From Oopsacas minuta (taxonomy: Eukaryota; Animalia; Porifera), in the NCBI GenBank assembly GCA_024704765.1, contig JAKMXF010000363.1:40706-104705 (forward strand): a stretch of 64,000 bases of DNA, read 5' to 3'. A program made the position numbers and the translations under genes. How positions within the stretch are numbered: the first letter of the stretch is position 1; every line of letters starts with the position of its first letter. Below are positions 1 through 14,000 of this stretch, one piece after another. The notes below the pieces were generated by a model, which did no database searches, was not told the origin of the DNA, and worked only from the letters and a program-made list of their open reading frames with translations.

Positions 1-1468
1 TGGTCATGGGACCTGGAATTTTCAGAATATTCTTACAACATGTAGTATATGTATACAAAATTTCGAATCATTCTGACAGGGTGATGCTTTGGGCTGTGAA
101 AAGGTATGGAATGCCTCTAGCATGAATGTTGTGAAACACTTAATCTGTAAAAATCCACTATAGGGTAAACAAATGAGGCATTCTAGCATAATTGTGTCCC
201 AATATGCATACCTACAAGGAACATTATTGGGTCTGGGGACCCGAAAAATCACCAAAATGGGGCCAGCCCACCAATTGGTGGAATTTGAGGGGTGTGTGAC
301 CCCTTGGCTCCCTATTGCTACGTCCCTAATATTATTTGATGTGTAATGATAAATGATACAAGTTGAGAAGCCATAACATAAAGGTAACCAAACCGTCATG
401 GATGCATAGTATCCTTGGTTCTGTAATGCAAGATAGTTGAACCGTCATACAACAGATACTAAAGGTTCAAAAATAAATATTAAACTCAATACATACATCG
501 ACATAATCCATATATTAATAATCGGTATTAAGCCTGAATATACTCGTACTATGTAAATGAACTTTCTCAATTTCATCTTGACATACTGTATGACCAGTTG
601 ATCATGAAAGATTCAGAAAAGAAAGTCAAGAATGTTTGTTCCAACCAAGGTTGGAACCATGCTAACTTTTCAGGATCCAGACGAAACCCGACGATTCGCA
701 CACACAACCGTTTCTTCCATTCCTAAAACCGATTCCGATTTGAATATTGATTATAACTCACACTGGTACCAAACAAACTTAGATAATCATATGATCAAGT
801 ATCGCCAAAAGACTCTACTATATCAATAACCTATTCAAGAATAAGGTGTTTGAGAAATTTTCAAACCTTTTAGTAAGGAATTATAAATGGAGAGGTGGGA
901 AATAGTGAAATGCACAACTCGTCAATATAATATTAAACTGTGTCTGTGATATGCACCCAAAAAAGCAAATTAAATGTAGAACTACTAGGAGTAGAGCACA
1001 CTATGAGGTTGGGGAGAAGGTTTCAGAAACAAATCCCGCGGGTATGCCAAACGCATCATGTGAAATCGGTCCCCAAACAGCCCTTCATTTGGATGCGCGT
1101 CGCGAACCCAGGGGTGCGTGATTTTGAGGAGAAATTGTGAAGTTGTGAGGAATACGGTCCTAACTGGGTGCGAGATCCACCCATATTTTAGAGAAAAAAG
1201 ACCGAGCTTGTCAATATACTAAGCATAGAAAATATTAATTATACGAGTGGGTTAAGAACAAAATATTTGGAATATTTAATAAATTTAGGCGCGTGAAAAA
1301 TATATCTGCACACCTAAGGTGCGCCAATGTTCTAAGGCTAGATGAACTCCTGTGTATATTCCAGAATACACCAAAGCCGAACAATTTGAGAAGTCTCAGA
1401 AAGTTCAACCTTGACAATCGACAAAAAACTGAACCAGTTTCATATAATATTGTATGTATTCTATAATA

Positions 1469-2774
1469 CAGGGTGTCTAATAAGTTCTGTCCTCATAAAT
1501 CACATCTCAGTGCATAGTTACGTATGAACACACAAGCAGTTTTAGATGCATGATTTGTAACATTTTTTCGGCTCTTTCTAACGATATAATAGGCTTCTAC
1601 GTAATATTATTTAGACTTGTGAAAATAATGGCTGAAAAAATTAGATCAAAATTATCGCACTTTTCGAGATAGGTAGCTCAAAAAAGGAAATTTTTCAAAA
1701 TCTAAAAATGGAAAGGTTTCACCTAAGCTAATATATCGTAACATAAAACGATATAAGGATACTGGAAGCTTGAGTGACAAACCTAGATCCGGTCGTCCAA
1801 GGTCTGCAAGGACTCCAGCCTTGAAAACAAAGTCCGCTGCCGAATTTCTCGGAATCCCCAAAGATCCATCAGGAAAATGGTCCGTGAGTTATCGGTTTAT
1901 CATGAAATGATACGAAAGAAGGTAGTTGAGGATCTAGGACTTAAGTCTTTTAAAAGAAAGAAGATACACCACCTTAACCCGAGTATTCGGACTAAGAGGC
2001 TGGCTAGATCGAAAGCACTTCTTCAGGGGTTCGCTCCTGGGGCCCAAGAACAGATCCTATTCTCAGATGAGAAAATTTTCACGAATGAAGAGGCTTGGAA
2101 CAGACAAAATGATCGGATTCTTGCTACCAGTTCCACAACAATCTCAGAAAACCTGAAATACATCGATAGAGTGCAGAAGCCAATGTCTGTGATGGTCTGG
2201 GGTGGTGTGTCCGCAAATGCACGGACAAATCTGATTTTTGTCCCCCAAGGGGTCAAAATCAACTCTGCGACATACCAAGAAATGATTTTGGAACAGGAAA
2301 TCAGTGTAACTAGGCAAAATCTATTTAGAAATAACACTTGGATCTTTCAAAAGGATTCTGCCCCTGCACATGTATCAAAAGCACTCAAGACTGGTTAAGG
2401 GCAAGAAAAATCGAGTTTATTAGCAAAGACGAATAGCCCCATCTAGTCCAGATTTGAATCCGCTCGATTATAGCGTCTGGGCTAATCTGGAGGCAAGGGC
2501 CTGTGCTAAACCTCACAAATGTTTGGACTCTCTGAAGCTCTCCCTTCAGCGTGAATGGCAGAAAATACCACAAGATGAGCTACGAAATGCAGTAGGGAAC
2601 TTTAGGACGCGGCTACAGGCTGTAATTTCTCAAAAGGGAGGATATATTGAGTAAACACTTTACTAAAAAATTTATACTAAATATTTTATCAGTTTGTAAA
2701 ATATCAAACAAATTGGTTTAATATAGAAAATATGGCAGGCAAAAATATTGCGACAGAACTTATTAGACACCTTG
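1469..2774 (+). mobile_element. Tc1/mariner maT-type (DD37D) transposon, full length, transposase broken (~1628-2654)
   Basis: 23-bp TIRs cagggtgtctaataagttctgtc / gacagaacttattagacaccttg (1 mismatch), TA on both sides. Motifs ILFSDEKIF, RQNDRI, VMVWGGV, FQKDSAPAH, SPDLNPLDYSVW split over frames. Confidence 0.93.
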
Positions 2775-2802
2775 TATGTTTGATAATTCATATATTTTTG
2801 AA

Positions 2803-4485
2803 GGAATACCGACATTTCGTTACAGACAGTTCCTTACACGACATTTCGCAACATGACCTTTCGTGACACGACAATTCGCTACTAAGTTGATTAGCAGTGT
2901 TAAACACTTAAATGTTGTTATTATAGTTCTATTTCAAACACTCGCATATCACTAAATATGATCCTACTTTAAGCGCCAGAATTTTGTGTCACCGGTGTCG
3001 AATCAAACTTTATCAGTTCGTAATCGAAATAAATAAGAGAATGCTGAATTGTTATTCATTATTTGCATCTACATATTCCGCATTACATGGCTACAACAAT
3101 AATATCAGATAATACTCACCAGCCCTTTAGAGTGATAAATCAAAAAGAGGCGGTAATAAAATGGTAAAAGGAGGGTTATGGCCACAGAGGAGTAGGGGAT
3201 GTGTTACATTGGTAATGAGAGCAGAGAGAAGGATGCAAAGCTAGGGTTCATACAATGGACCTACAGATTGTTCAGCGTACTAATGAACATCTCCATAAAC
3301 CATATGAGCAGGCAGTTACTTGTCAGAATGTAAAATTGCACTAAGAGGAAGGCGTGAAATACAAGATGGTCTGCATTTCATTGTAGGGGACAGTCTCCTC
3401 GCCATATCTGAAGGATTTCGGTTAAGCTGCCCAAATTAAATAGCCTAAAGGATACTATTCAAAGTTAGAGGGAGCGAGTACTTTCTGCGCTGGCACAACT
3501 TCTCAACTTTGAAGAGGTTATCCTTCCGCCAGAATACAAGCAGACTGTAAAGAGAGAAAGCTAACTTTTCCATGACTCAGTTCCTGAACCAGAGAGAATT
3601 TTCATCTTTGGGACGCAGCGAAACATTGATATGCTGGTATTATTTCACTACTGGCTCGCTGATGGGACCTTCAAAACTCCACCTGATCTTTTTAGCTCCA
3701 ATCGGAATGTGGAACTATCATTTCGAGACTCCATTCGGGCTGGCCAGGACGACCAATATTGTTGAAACATGGCATTGCTCCTTTAATGCAACAGTTGGAT
3801 GCCATCATCCTACAGTATGGAAATTAATTTGTTCTTTAAAGCGTGAACAAGGGCTAGTCGAGGTACGACATGCAAAGTTTATATCAGGTGCTCAATCACC
3901 TAAGCGGGTTAAAACTCAAGGTAATGAACAAGTCTTGAAGGATCTTATCCACAGCTACATGTATCGACCTAGGATGGAATTGTTAAGAGGGATTGTGCAT
4001 CATTTTAACATGGATTCTCGCTAAGTCATATACTCATTTATATTAAGTAGTGACGGCCGAAACCAATATTTTACCGAACCCGAATTTCTCCCGAAATTGA
4101 AATTTCCCACCGAAATACAGAAACCGAATTTCGGTAACTAATTGCTAGAGAGTAAATGCAATCTAATTTAATCATAACAGTTGCACCTCAATTATTTACT
4201 TTTCAATTACCTAAATATACATGTAATGTTTTCTAATAAATGAAGTGAACTTTGGGCAAGTTTATTTATCACTCTTGATAAGTTTTCTTTGATTGTCTGA
4301 GAATTGTTACAATATTAGTATAATTTCGGTGAAGCCACCAAAAATGAATCGAAATTTCGGTCGTTCACTATTATTAAGTCATAGAATCATCATTTAAACA
4401 ACATTTAAGTGTTTAAAATTGACCAATCAACTTAATAGCGAATTGTTGTGTATCGAAAGGTAGTATAACGAAATATCGGTATCCC
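2803..4485 (+). mobile_element. Mutator-like (MULE) element, internally deleted transposase relic (~3150-4024)
   Basis: Imperfect ~90-115 bp TIRs (ggaataccgacatttcgtta... / ...taacgaaatatcggtatccc). 9-bp TSD atttttgaa (2794-2802) / atttttaaa (4486-4494). Motifs HYWLADGTFKTPPDLF and RTTNIVETWHCSFNATVGCHHPTVWKLI. Confidence 0.85.
4048..4370. mobile_element. hAT-type MITE nested in the MULE
   Basis: Termini tagtgacggccgaaa / tttcggtcgttcacta, 8-bp TSD atattaag / ttattaag, subterminal ccgaaa/tttcgg repeats, non-coding. Confidence 0.8.
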
Positions 4486-5534
4486 ATTTTTAAACGCGTT
4501 GTGTATATCCGAACAAAAACATCCCGATCTTGCTGAGGACTTCAACTCAGCAAATCAGGACGCTTCTATTCAGATTGTTAAATAAGCAAGGTTTACAATA
4601 TTTAACTGGTTTGGGCCTAAATACCTCTGGTACAAATCTACTGAGTAGTTTACTGTGTATTACATCACTCAGTGCGTAAACAAGCAGGTAAATCTCTTTC
4701 AGGTCACATATAGTACAAATTTTATCGGGTTGTCTGACTGCATACGGCCGAAGACCGGTTTGCCAAGCCTTATCGAGAGTAGAATTCTATAAATATAGCA
4801 ATATACAGTAGAAGTTAGTTAGTATGTACAAATATTTAAAACGAATTTAGTAAATCTATAAGTATCTCTTTGTAGTGCAACCTTGGTTAGTTCTTACACT
4901 CGGCTAGTACGTATCAATTTTTCTCTCATGAGGTGGTATGATAAATCCTTCTCACAATGGTCTATTGACAGGAAGTAGGACAATATTTTTAACCTCTTCT
5001 GATCTACTTAAAACGTTTTATCACGTACAGCATACTTGAGAACCTAGGTAACCATATTCGCAGTATAATCAACTCAACAATAGTTTAAGTATAGTTTAAG
5101 AAAATTTGTGGCTTTAAGATGTTCCATAATTCACACCCATATTACTCGTTTAGTGTATATCACGATACGCTAAGATCTTCACTGGTGTATGATTATAGTT
5201 TAGAGCACCATAAAATAGTGGAGTACACTTCAGAGAATTGATTGATTAAAATAAAATTTTCATAAAAATAGTATTCACNTCGTCTGTCTCACTTTTCCTG
5301 AAACAATACTCTCGTTTATCTCACCAATACATCTCTCTCCCCAACAGCTGCTTAAAACATGATAATTTTTAAACAGATTCTATAACATTGTCCAGATCGA
5401 ACAACAATTAGATTTGAATTCTAAGAATAAATGTTTCAAGTTTTGGAAACATAGGCATAGGCAAAAGTATGCATATTTTCAATCTGAAGACACCACAACT
5501 ACTATTCATTATTAGTAACCCATAGTGTAATATA

Positions 5535-6844
5535 CAGGGTGGTCAATAAGTTCTGGCACATAGAAAAAGTATAACAATTTAACAAATATTCATTATATTG
5601 AGTTGATATTTAGCATAAGTAGTTAGGCGTTATGAGTTTTATTGTGCACAATCTCTATTCTATGCATCTGCCTTTCTTTTTGATAACAGCCTTCAGACGC
5701 CCGGGGACTGCCCAAACTGCGGCACGCAGCATCTCCTGTGGGATTTTTGCACATTCTCTCGTCAGAGATTGCTTTAGAGACTCAATGCTGTTATGGGACT
5801 TCGATCAAGCACTTGACTCTAAAATGGACCACACTGAGAAATCTAGAGGGTTGAGGTCTGGGCTAGACGGCGGCCATTCTACCTTTGAGATAAAGTCAGG
5901 AATATTTGTCTGAAGCCATTCCTGAGTACTGTTTGCTGTATGGGCAGGAGCACCGTCTTGTTGGAATATGAACGGCTGGTTTTCAAACATCATCTCACCA
6001 AGATCTTTCACAATGGGCTGTAAAATGAGCTCCTTATACGTTGCAGCATTTATTTTGACCCCTACAGGGACCAAAACCAGTAGTGTCCGGCCAACAGAAA
6101 ATACTCCGGCCCAAACAATCAACGAGAGTGGTTTCTAGACTCTTTTGACGTACCTGTACTCATCAGGGAAAGTAGAAGTGCTTTTAGTTAATATTCTATC
6201 GTTTTGACGATCGAATGCTTGTTCAACGGTGAAAAGTTTTTCATCGGAGAAAAGGACTTGATCCAGTCCCTAGGCTGCGAATCGTATATGGAGGACTTTG
6301 CTTCTTGAGAGCCTCTTTGTCTTTATTTTGTCTAAAAGGAATTGGACTTTCCTTTTCTTAAACGAAGATAGCCCTAAGTCTCTCTTGACAATCGTTTGAA
6401 GAGATCCACGGGATATTTTCAGTTCCTTGGCCATTTTTCTGATCGATCGCTGAGGATTTCGCTACACTCGATTCCGCACTACCTTTCGCACCGTTACGGT
6501 CGTGATGGAGACTGGGCGACCAGTTCTGGCTCTGTCCATCACGCCGCCAGTCTTATTGAAGCGCTTTATCGTACGGATTACGAAATTCCGACGTGTCTGT
6601 GGAATTTTTTAAAGTTTCATTATTTCCTTTTGTTTTTCCCTTTTTGAAATAATTCAACAATCGCCGACCGTTCTTTCTCCATAGCTTATAATTTGTTCCT
6701 GGTTTTCAAATAGTTTATTTTTCAATGAATATTGTATTATGAGAGATAACAGAATAAATACAAAACAGTAACATCAATCAATCTAAATCATGAAAGACTT
6801 TGGTACGATATAAAGTTATGTGCCAGAACTTATTGGCCACCCTG
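5535..6844 (-). mobile_element. Tc1/mariner maT-type (DD37D) transposon, full length, transposase frameshifted (6682-5655)
   Basis: 28-bp TIRs cagggtggtcaataagttctggcacata (1 mismatch), TA flanks. QQD-GAPAH...SPDLNPL-D spacing counts to 37 residues. Confidence 0.95.
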
Positions 6845-7362
6845 TATATGAAAATTGATAACACTCACTCACTTTTCCAGCTCTCAATTTTGTCCATAAC
6901 ATGTAAACAACTTAACCAGAGGAATGCTAGTACACAGGACTCAAGAATGCAAGGCGCATGAACATGGCATAAGACAGTGATTCTTAAACTTGCAATCAAC
7001 AATAATGAACGTATTATACTATAAACCTCCCTTTCTGTGAGCGAAAATTCTTGCATTTTCTAGAATGTGTCCAGGAATATTCAGTCATCTAATGATATCT
7101 CAAATACCGCATGTATTATACAAAATGTAACAATTTTCAAAATAATCCCAGAAACATGGTCTCAACAATGATTATTAGGGAATTGGATGCGCTAGTTCCA
7201 AAATCACATTGTCAACAGGATGTGATAAATATTTGTTGTTATTTATGGCTAAACAGTAAACGAATGTCAAAATTCTTCCAGAAACAAGGTTTGAACGATC
7301 ATATATGGTTAATTGGCTACGCTGATTCCGAATATGATAATATAAACGATGTGTGATTACTA

Positions 7363-8448
7363 CAAGGGTGTTCAATAAGTAATGAGACTAATGCATCGAA
7401 TTCATATTCTAGTTAATATAGCTCTAAGCCTAGTATCAGATTACAAGCCTAACTTGATTGGCTAACTTCGATACAATATATTCTTTACTCTACTAGCATA
7501 TTCTTCAGCATAAAGTGTCATACTTCCTCAAAAACCCGCAGTAATATCGAGAGGGTCCAAACAATTTTGGACGAAGACAGACAAATAACCCTGCGAGAGT
7601 TAGAAGAGAGGGTAGGTATATCAAAAGCCACACTGCACTCGATCATCAATGAAGATCAGGAAATGTCGAAGGTAACTGCGCGTTGGGTTACAAAACTTCT
7701 TTCAAAAGAACAAAAATGCGAAAGGGTCAGAGTTAGCAAAGAATTACTTCAAGATACAAGGAATAAGAAGACTTTTTGGATCGTATAGTAACCGGGGATT
7801 AAACTTGGTTTCATTATTATGAACCAGAGAGCAAAAACTCAATCGAAGCAGTGGAAGAGACATGATTAACCTCTAACAATCAAGGTAAATGCTGCAAAAT
7901 CAGCAGGGAAGAGAATAGGAACAATATTTTGGGATAGGGAAGGAATTATACACTTCGACTGGTTGCCTGAGAAGACAACCATAAATAGTGACTTACTTTG
8001 ACGAATTGAAAGAATTGCGTCAAGCGATTAATCGTGAGAGGTGAGGCAAGTTGACACGTGGTGTATTGCTGTAACATGACAACCCAAGGCCCCATGCAAG
8101 CTCCAAGACAATGGCAGCAATTGACGACTTAGGATTCGAATGCCTCCCTCATCTTCCGTATAGTCCAGACCTGGCTCCCAGAGACTACTGGCTGCTTGGA
8201 GAGATGCAGAGACCTCTTCGAGGGAAGAGATTTGAGGATTTCAAACAGCTGGAGTATGAAATAAAACATTGGGAAAAGGGACCCCTAAAGAACTCTATAC
8301 CAGTGGGCTGGAAAAGTTACCAGAACGATGGAAACGATGTGTAAAGTTAAAGGGGGAATTTATCATAACTTTTGATAATCAATTATAATAAGTATAGGTT
8401 TACTATATGAATTATGAAAAAGTCTAATTATTCATTGAACAATCCTTG
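7363..8448 (+). mobile_element. mariner (DD34D-type) relic, 5' part of transposase deleted
   Basis: Degenerate TIRs caagggtgttcaataagtaatgagact / agtctaattattcattgaacaatccttg with TA flanks. Motifs ARWVTKLL, IVTGD*TWFHYYEPES, HDNPRPH, PYSPDLAPRD. Confidence 0.9.
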
Positions 8449-9445
8449 TATTTGTAGATATTTTCAGCTATATAGTGAATGATCTTCCAAATTTCGAATA
8501 TTAGCTGTAATTTCCCCCTTAAGTGGCCCGAAAGTCGGAGTATCCATAATCAGCGCAGCGCGAGCAAGCAAAACTCGTTTGTGGAATGTAATATCTCTCC
8601 AATATTATTCTATATCATGTTCAATATAGTTATAAATAAATAAATATAGTGCACAACATGCTTTAACGATTTTCCTATGAGATTGAACTAGTCAAAATAT
8701 TAGCTGTTAGTAACTAGAATATAGTATCACTCGACTTTGAAGAAATATTTGTCTAAATCAATAAAAATTAACTATGAGAAATTTAACCCAGTTAAGAATA
8801 CTTGGTATGAGACAACAATTATCGAATACCAGTATGTGATTTGTCATTAATAGAAATACTTTGCGATTAGTAGTGAGACAGAAAAGTCTTGCTCCTCTTC
8901 ACATATACTTTTCATAAATCATACAGTAAAAGTTCAGCATGATTACAATGGAATTCATATATAATGTATTTAACGTACATAAAAAATATGGAAGTAAGAA
9001 AGAGATAACGAGCTGAGAATATATGAGTAAGCATGATGGCCAGACAGATATTCTGATCTGTGTCCAGGCTAGCCCTGTGCAAGAAAAATTCCTCCTTTTT
9101 CACTCCATTTCAAACTTATTTGATGTATTTTTGATGCCTTAAAATTTTGAATCTCTGAGAAGCTAGGTGGATTTAGGTGTAAATTCTGAAATAGTTGCAA
9201 TCTCAGCCGATGGCTGTTCCATTATGTAGTACTTCGCCGAATATCACGATAGGATAGTTAATTATATTCGTCAGCGAACGAATGAAAATGCGAGTCAAAA
9301 TAATAGAAAAGGGAAACTGAAATTATTTGTCATATTCTACTTAGGGCGTTCAAAAGTTCGGAATCCATGTCTACAGATGTAAATGTATACTTGTTGTTCC
9401 ATTAACAGGTTTGTTTAGATTTGTATATAGGTATACTATTGACAA

Positions 9446-10520
9446 CAGTGATCAGCAACCTTTTGTGCCTAAGGGACAAATTGAGTTATTTAGTATTTTG
9501 CATGGCCTAAGCGATCATCGTTCTCTGATCCTACTCGTAAGTATCTATTGTAGAAATGGTAATTAAGAATATAATATCATAGAATGATGTTGAAAAGTTC
9601 ATGTGATTTCTGATGCTGCTTAACCATGAGAGGGATATGTAATCAGGTGACATAATAGATCTTGATAATCGCACCACACTTTCTAAATGGTCTTCCTTTA
9701 GTCTCGTTTTAGCTTGATTTTGCGTATTTCATTTTTGATAACACTTGCTAACGTAAATAAATATCACCAAAAAATACTGCAATTGTCTTGGCATGTTTCC
9801 TCAGTACTAGAAATTTGTCACTAGTTGAGTAGTTATGATAGAATTCCACAAGAGAAAGATCCCGAAACGTAAACTCAACAGAATTTTGAAGCTCGATTTA
9901 CTCCGATGGTATCACTTCTTAATGCGGACAATTCAATTGTTTCAATAGAACTCCCACAGTTGCAACTTTCCTTGAAATGCAGATATATACATGTTCATAA
10001 AGAACATTAACTTGCTAATTCTTACCCTGTAGTTTCAAATTTAAATTGTTCAAATGATTGATAATATCCACTAGAAAAGCAAAATCTGAAAACCATCTTG
10101 TATCAGAGGACATTCCTTTACCAATTCTGCCTCAGAAAATTGCTGCATTCTTTGGGCAATAAATTTACTAATAGCAAAACTAGTACTGTTGTTTTTGATT
10201 CAGTCTCGTGCTTTGTGAAAATACCCTGCCATTTACCCAAGGATTCTTGCAAACCTTGAATTATAACTCTTCACGCTTCTCCAATATTTGAATCTAGCTT
10301 CTCCGAGTGCTTTGTCATGTAATGTCGCTTTACCGTATCACACACATAATTATTCTGAGAGGTCTAGTTTAAACAATATGGGCATGGTAAATGGAATTTC
10401 CAGAAAAAGACATCATGTTATTGTCACAGAAATAGGAATACTTTTCAAGATGAGATAGATTACGTATAGTATCCATAAATTACTCAAAATATACTCAGGC
10501 ATCCACCCAAGTAATTTCAA
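9446..10520 (-). mobile_element. hAT (Charlie/SPIN/GTF2IRD2-like) relic, internally deleted
   Basis: hAT-like terminus cagtgatcagcaacctttt at 9446. Minus-strand fragments VKRHYMTKHSEK..., RWFSDFAFLVDIINHLNNLNLKLQGKN, SPDYISLMVKQHQKSH. Other TIR not found. Confidence 0.75.
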
Positions 10521-11172
10521 ATAATTCTTGATGACAAAAACATGGAAAGTTCATAACAGTTTCGATATAACATCTGGTTTGTTGGATCAGTTGTTATTGA
10601 TTAATTAACAAGTTTATTATTCATAGGGATAAAAAAATAAGCAAATATATTAAACGCATTGCGCACAGCGGATTCATCGGAAGCCGCGACTTACATGAAG
10701 AAAGGCTAAAGAGAACAAAGTCTACAAATTTCCATCCAAAGGATTGCAACAGATGACTCAGGGATTCATTATTTGAAATTAAAAAAATTAGGTTAGAAAT
10801 GGCCAAGTGAAAGTGAAAGGCTCCAGAGATACAAAGGACAGCTTTGTAGGCAAGCTACTCAGGATTTGAAGAAAATCGTTTTCTCTTACGAAAAGATTTT
10901 CAACATTAGAGAAGTGATTCATGAGTCATCTTGATTTTAACATTCAGATTTTTAGTGCAGCTGCTATAGGGAGTTTCCTTTTGTAATGGACGTCGTACGA
11001 CGTCTGTCATTCATGCCACATTTTGGTGTAGATTTACACATGTGTGTGAAATTAAGAATACTTTCATGCCTTTTGGGAGGATGAAGTTAAACCAATCAGA
11101 TTTGAATCTGGTCCTACTAAGTAAATGTATTCACATGTCAGTATAGTGGAGCAAATATTTGATGTACACTGA

Positions 11173-11640
11173 GGCCCCATTCACTAACAAACTAAAATTT
11201 ACTTAACTTTAAGTAATTATAAGTACATGGTTAACATTAAAAAAATCTAAGAATTTGCTTGTTTAAAGAAATGTTTTGTTTCCAGTAGGGCATATAGTAA
11301 CTTGATTTCAAATGTTTATTCTGGAAACGTCTGATGTTACCAATATTTTAGCAGTTATTCAACAACTTTAATTTATAGACCACAATGATATAATTGATAA
11401 AATACCCTGACTAGTCAATGATTGTTAATACAGAAATACTTCAAACTACTCATAAGATTATACGTATACAAATTTAGACAGAAACACCATTTACATGCAA
11501 GATAGTAAGAGTTAAGTCAGCCTCAGATAGGACTTAAGATAAAAACTAGTTATTCACTTAACTTTAATCAAATACCTAGTTACTCAGCCGACTACTTGTA
11601 GTAGGCCAGTTCGAAAATGAGTGCCTGTATGTTAGNGAAT
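11173..11640. mobile_element. possible PIF/Harbinger-like MITE, right end cut at the N junction
   Basis: Left terminus ggccccattcactaaca after a TGA trinucleotide; partial inverse copy tgttagNgaat at 11630-11640. No complete right TIR or TSD. Confidence 0.4.
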
Positions 11641-12637
11641 AAGAACATTTGCTCATATTTTGCTCTAGCCTGTGTTGCAATACGTTGCCTCCTAGCTCCT
11701 GGTACTAGCTCGCGTCTCGAATCAGCCTTTTCAATAATGAAACTGTTATCCTCATCAACTCGTGCAAACATGTCTTCAGATAGAATTGTGTCTGAGTTTA
11801 TAATCCGGCAGGCTCAGAAACAAATCTGGGGAGAAAAGTCAGCGAATACGCAGTCCTCAGGGAAACTAGCAATTACTTTAGCTTCGAACTCGATTCAACA
11901 TGAAGATGAAGAAGACTTAATTGATCTACTATCAAAAGAATCAGAAGAAATTGAAGTGAGTAGTTCAGATGATGTTGTGCTACTAAGTGACATTAACGAT
12001 ATTTGTTGGTTTCCTGTACCATGTGCCAGAACTCTTCGCAACCATAAGCGCAATTTTGGAAACTTGCCTGGGTTTTGGAACGGGATTTATCCAAATGTTA
12101 ATGATCCAAAGGAAATTCCCTGTGAACAAGATGAGCAGGTGTTTGAAGAAAGCACATATTTTTTTAGTTAAATTATGGAATGTATCTGTCCATAATTCTA
12201 GTGACTATTACTCCTTGTTGTATTAACCCTTATCTAACAATTAGCACTCTACATGGCTATGTAAGGGTACTCTCTTGTCTCATATTTACAAATTACAATA
12301 TGTGTATACTTTATGCGCATAATTATTTTGCTAACATTCAGTGACGTTGATAAGGATAACCAACTTTACCCAGTTTTAACTTTACTAAAAATCTGATATG
12401 ACAGGTTATAACTAGTTATAATAAGTTACAACTGGTTACAACTTTGTACGTAACTAGTATTAAGCGAGTTATAACTAGTTATAATATAATTATCTGGTTA
12501 TAACCGACATAACATCATTTATATCTAATTTAGATATGTAGTCGGTTATAACCTGATAATTATATTTATAACTAGTTATAACTGGTTATAACTTTCGTAA
12601 CCTTATATGGATTGGGTTACGAAAATTTGATAACCTG
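11638..12637 (+). pseudogene. 3' fragment of the large hAT element (hATC dimerisation domain and palindromic subterminal array)
   Basis: Same sequence as 48833-49831: LACVAIRCLLAPGTSSRLESAFSIMK. Confidence 0.85.
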
Positions 12638-13096
12638 GAGGCTGCTTCGAACAATATATGATGACAGAAATTTCGACAGTTCACAAACTGGCCTTCAATT
12701 TTGGCCTACCTTTCGGTGAGTTGCATAGATGTGTATATATAGTAGACTATGCTCAGGTTCCGTATACAATTTGTATAAACATTTTATCAACATTGAACCT
12801 TATGTATTGAATTTGAAGTATATACTGTGGGTTTCTATTTGTCAGTTAGTTGACTATTCACAATACTTACCACAGATTACAACTTATTGGAAAGTAGTTT
12901 GTGATTTTAACTCGCGTATTTGCTACAAATCTTAAGGAATTTTCTTTAATGAAGACAATACGTCGGTACAGAAATTGTTCTGACAAAGGAAATTACACTT
13001 CATAAACATAGCAATGCGTGTAATTGTTATGGAACTACATTATTTAGTTGATAGATAGGAATTATGTACTTAGTTAATTACTCTTGTAGTCTATCT

Positions 13097-13256
13097 CAGA
13101 GGGTGTTCGGACCAATACGCATTAGAAAAGGAAGGCGTATCCGGTCAATAAGCCATATCGGCCTGTGGAGAGCTCTGCATGCATTGTTTACGTTTTTCAT
13201 CAGGAAGAAACTAAATAATATTTGGTTAAAGAAAGATCTCTAACTTTAAATATAAC
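13097..13256 (-). mobile_element. 3' end of maT-type element split by the Ginger2 insertion (copy 1)
   Basis: Matches 50290-50449, which joins across the Ginger2 TSD to transposase end ...QKSGYI*. Confidence 0.6.
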
Positions 13257-13967
13257 TGTTGCAGTGTATTAGAAACTTTTGTGTGTTCATGAACACACAG
13301 TTTCAAACTTAGTGTGTTAGAAACGTTACATTGTTTCTGTATGTTTATCGAATATTTGTATTATGGGTAGCTAGTAAAATGGAAAAGTCAAATTCTGAAT
13401 TATGCTTCACCTGCCTCTTTTTGCTGGGGCGAGTATTTTCCAATGATACAATAAGTTGAAATAAAAACAAATTGAACTCAGAATTAATTTATTGTTCTGC
13501 AAAATGAATTTTTGAGGGCCATTTATCTCTCAATTATGCTGATACCTCAGATGGTACTTCTCTAATGAGACATAAACGAATATCAGTATTTTCTTGGGTT
13601 GTCCCCTCATTCCCTTCTATCTATCCATGTTACTTCAGAAGTGAGGGCTTCAGAATCTATAGGCGGGACGAAAGTGTTTGCAGCACGCGCCTTATTATAA
13701 GTTTCAATTGGTAAGAATATAATATTGGCGTGGTTGCCCTTGCAACCTGTATATTTGTAGATGATAAACACAATACAACTACAACATATACTAGACTAAT
13801 ACTACGATCTAATACTGCTACTTATTAAAACACTTTTTCCAGGATGATACTTAGTGCTACAAGTACGATTGGACTTTTTACATGCACATCTGTTTGTTTG
13901 GCAGTTCGAGCATCTACAAAAAGTACCCTCGATTATGCCAAAAGAAGTAGTAGTAGTAGTAGTTGTT

Positions 13968-14000
<33 letters not shown>

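Noticed and set aside
940-1260. CpG-richer stretch ending in gggttaa (piggyBac-like end or promoter)
   Set aside because: No partner terminus and no downstream gene support.
5279-5279. Fifth single N
   Set aside because: No homologous copy in the window to test whether it marks a junction.
10989-11004. Perfect 16-bp palindrome gacgtcgtacgacgtc
   Set aside because: Isolated; could be a piggyBac-like subterminal remnant, but no termini or TSD support it.
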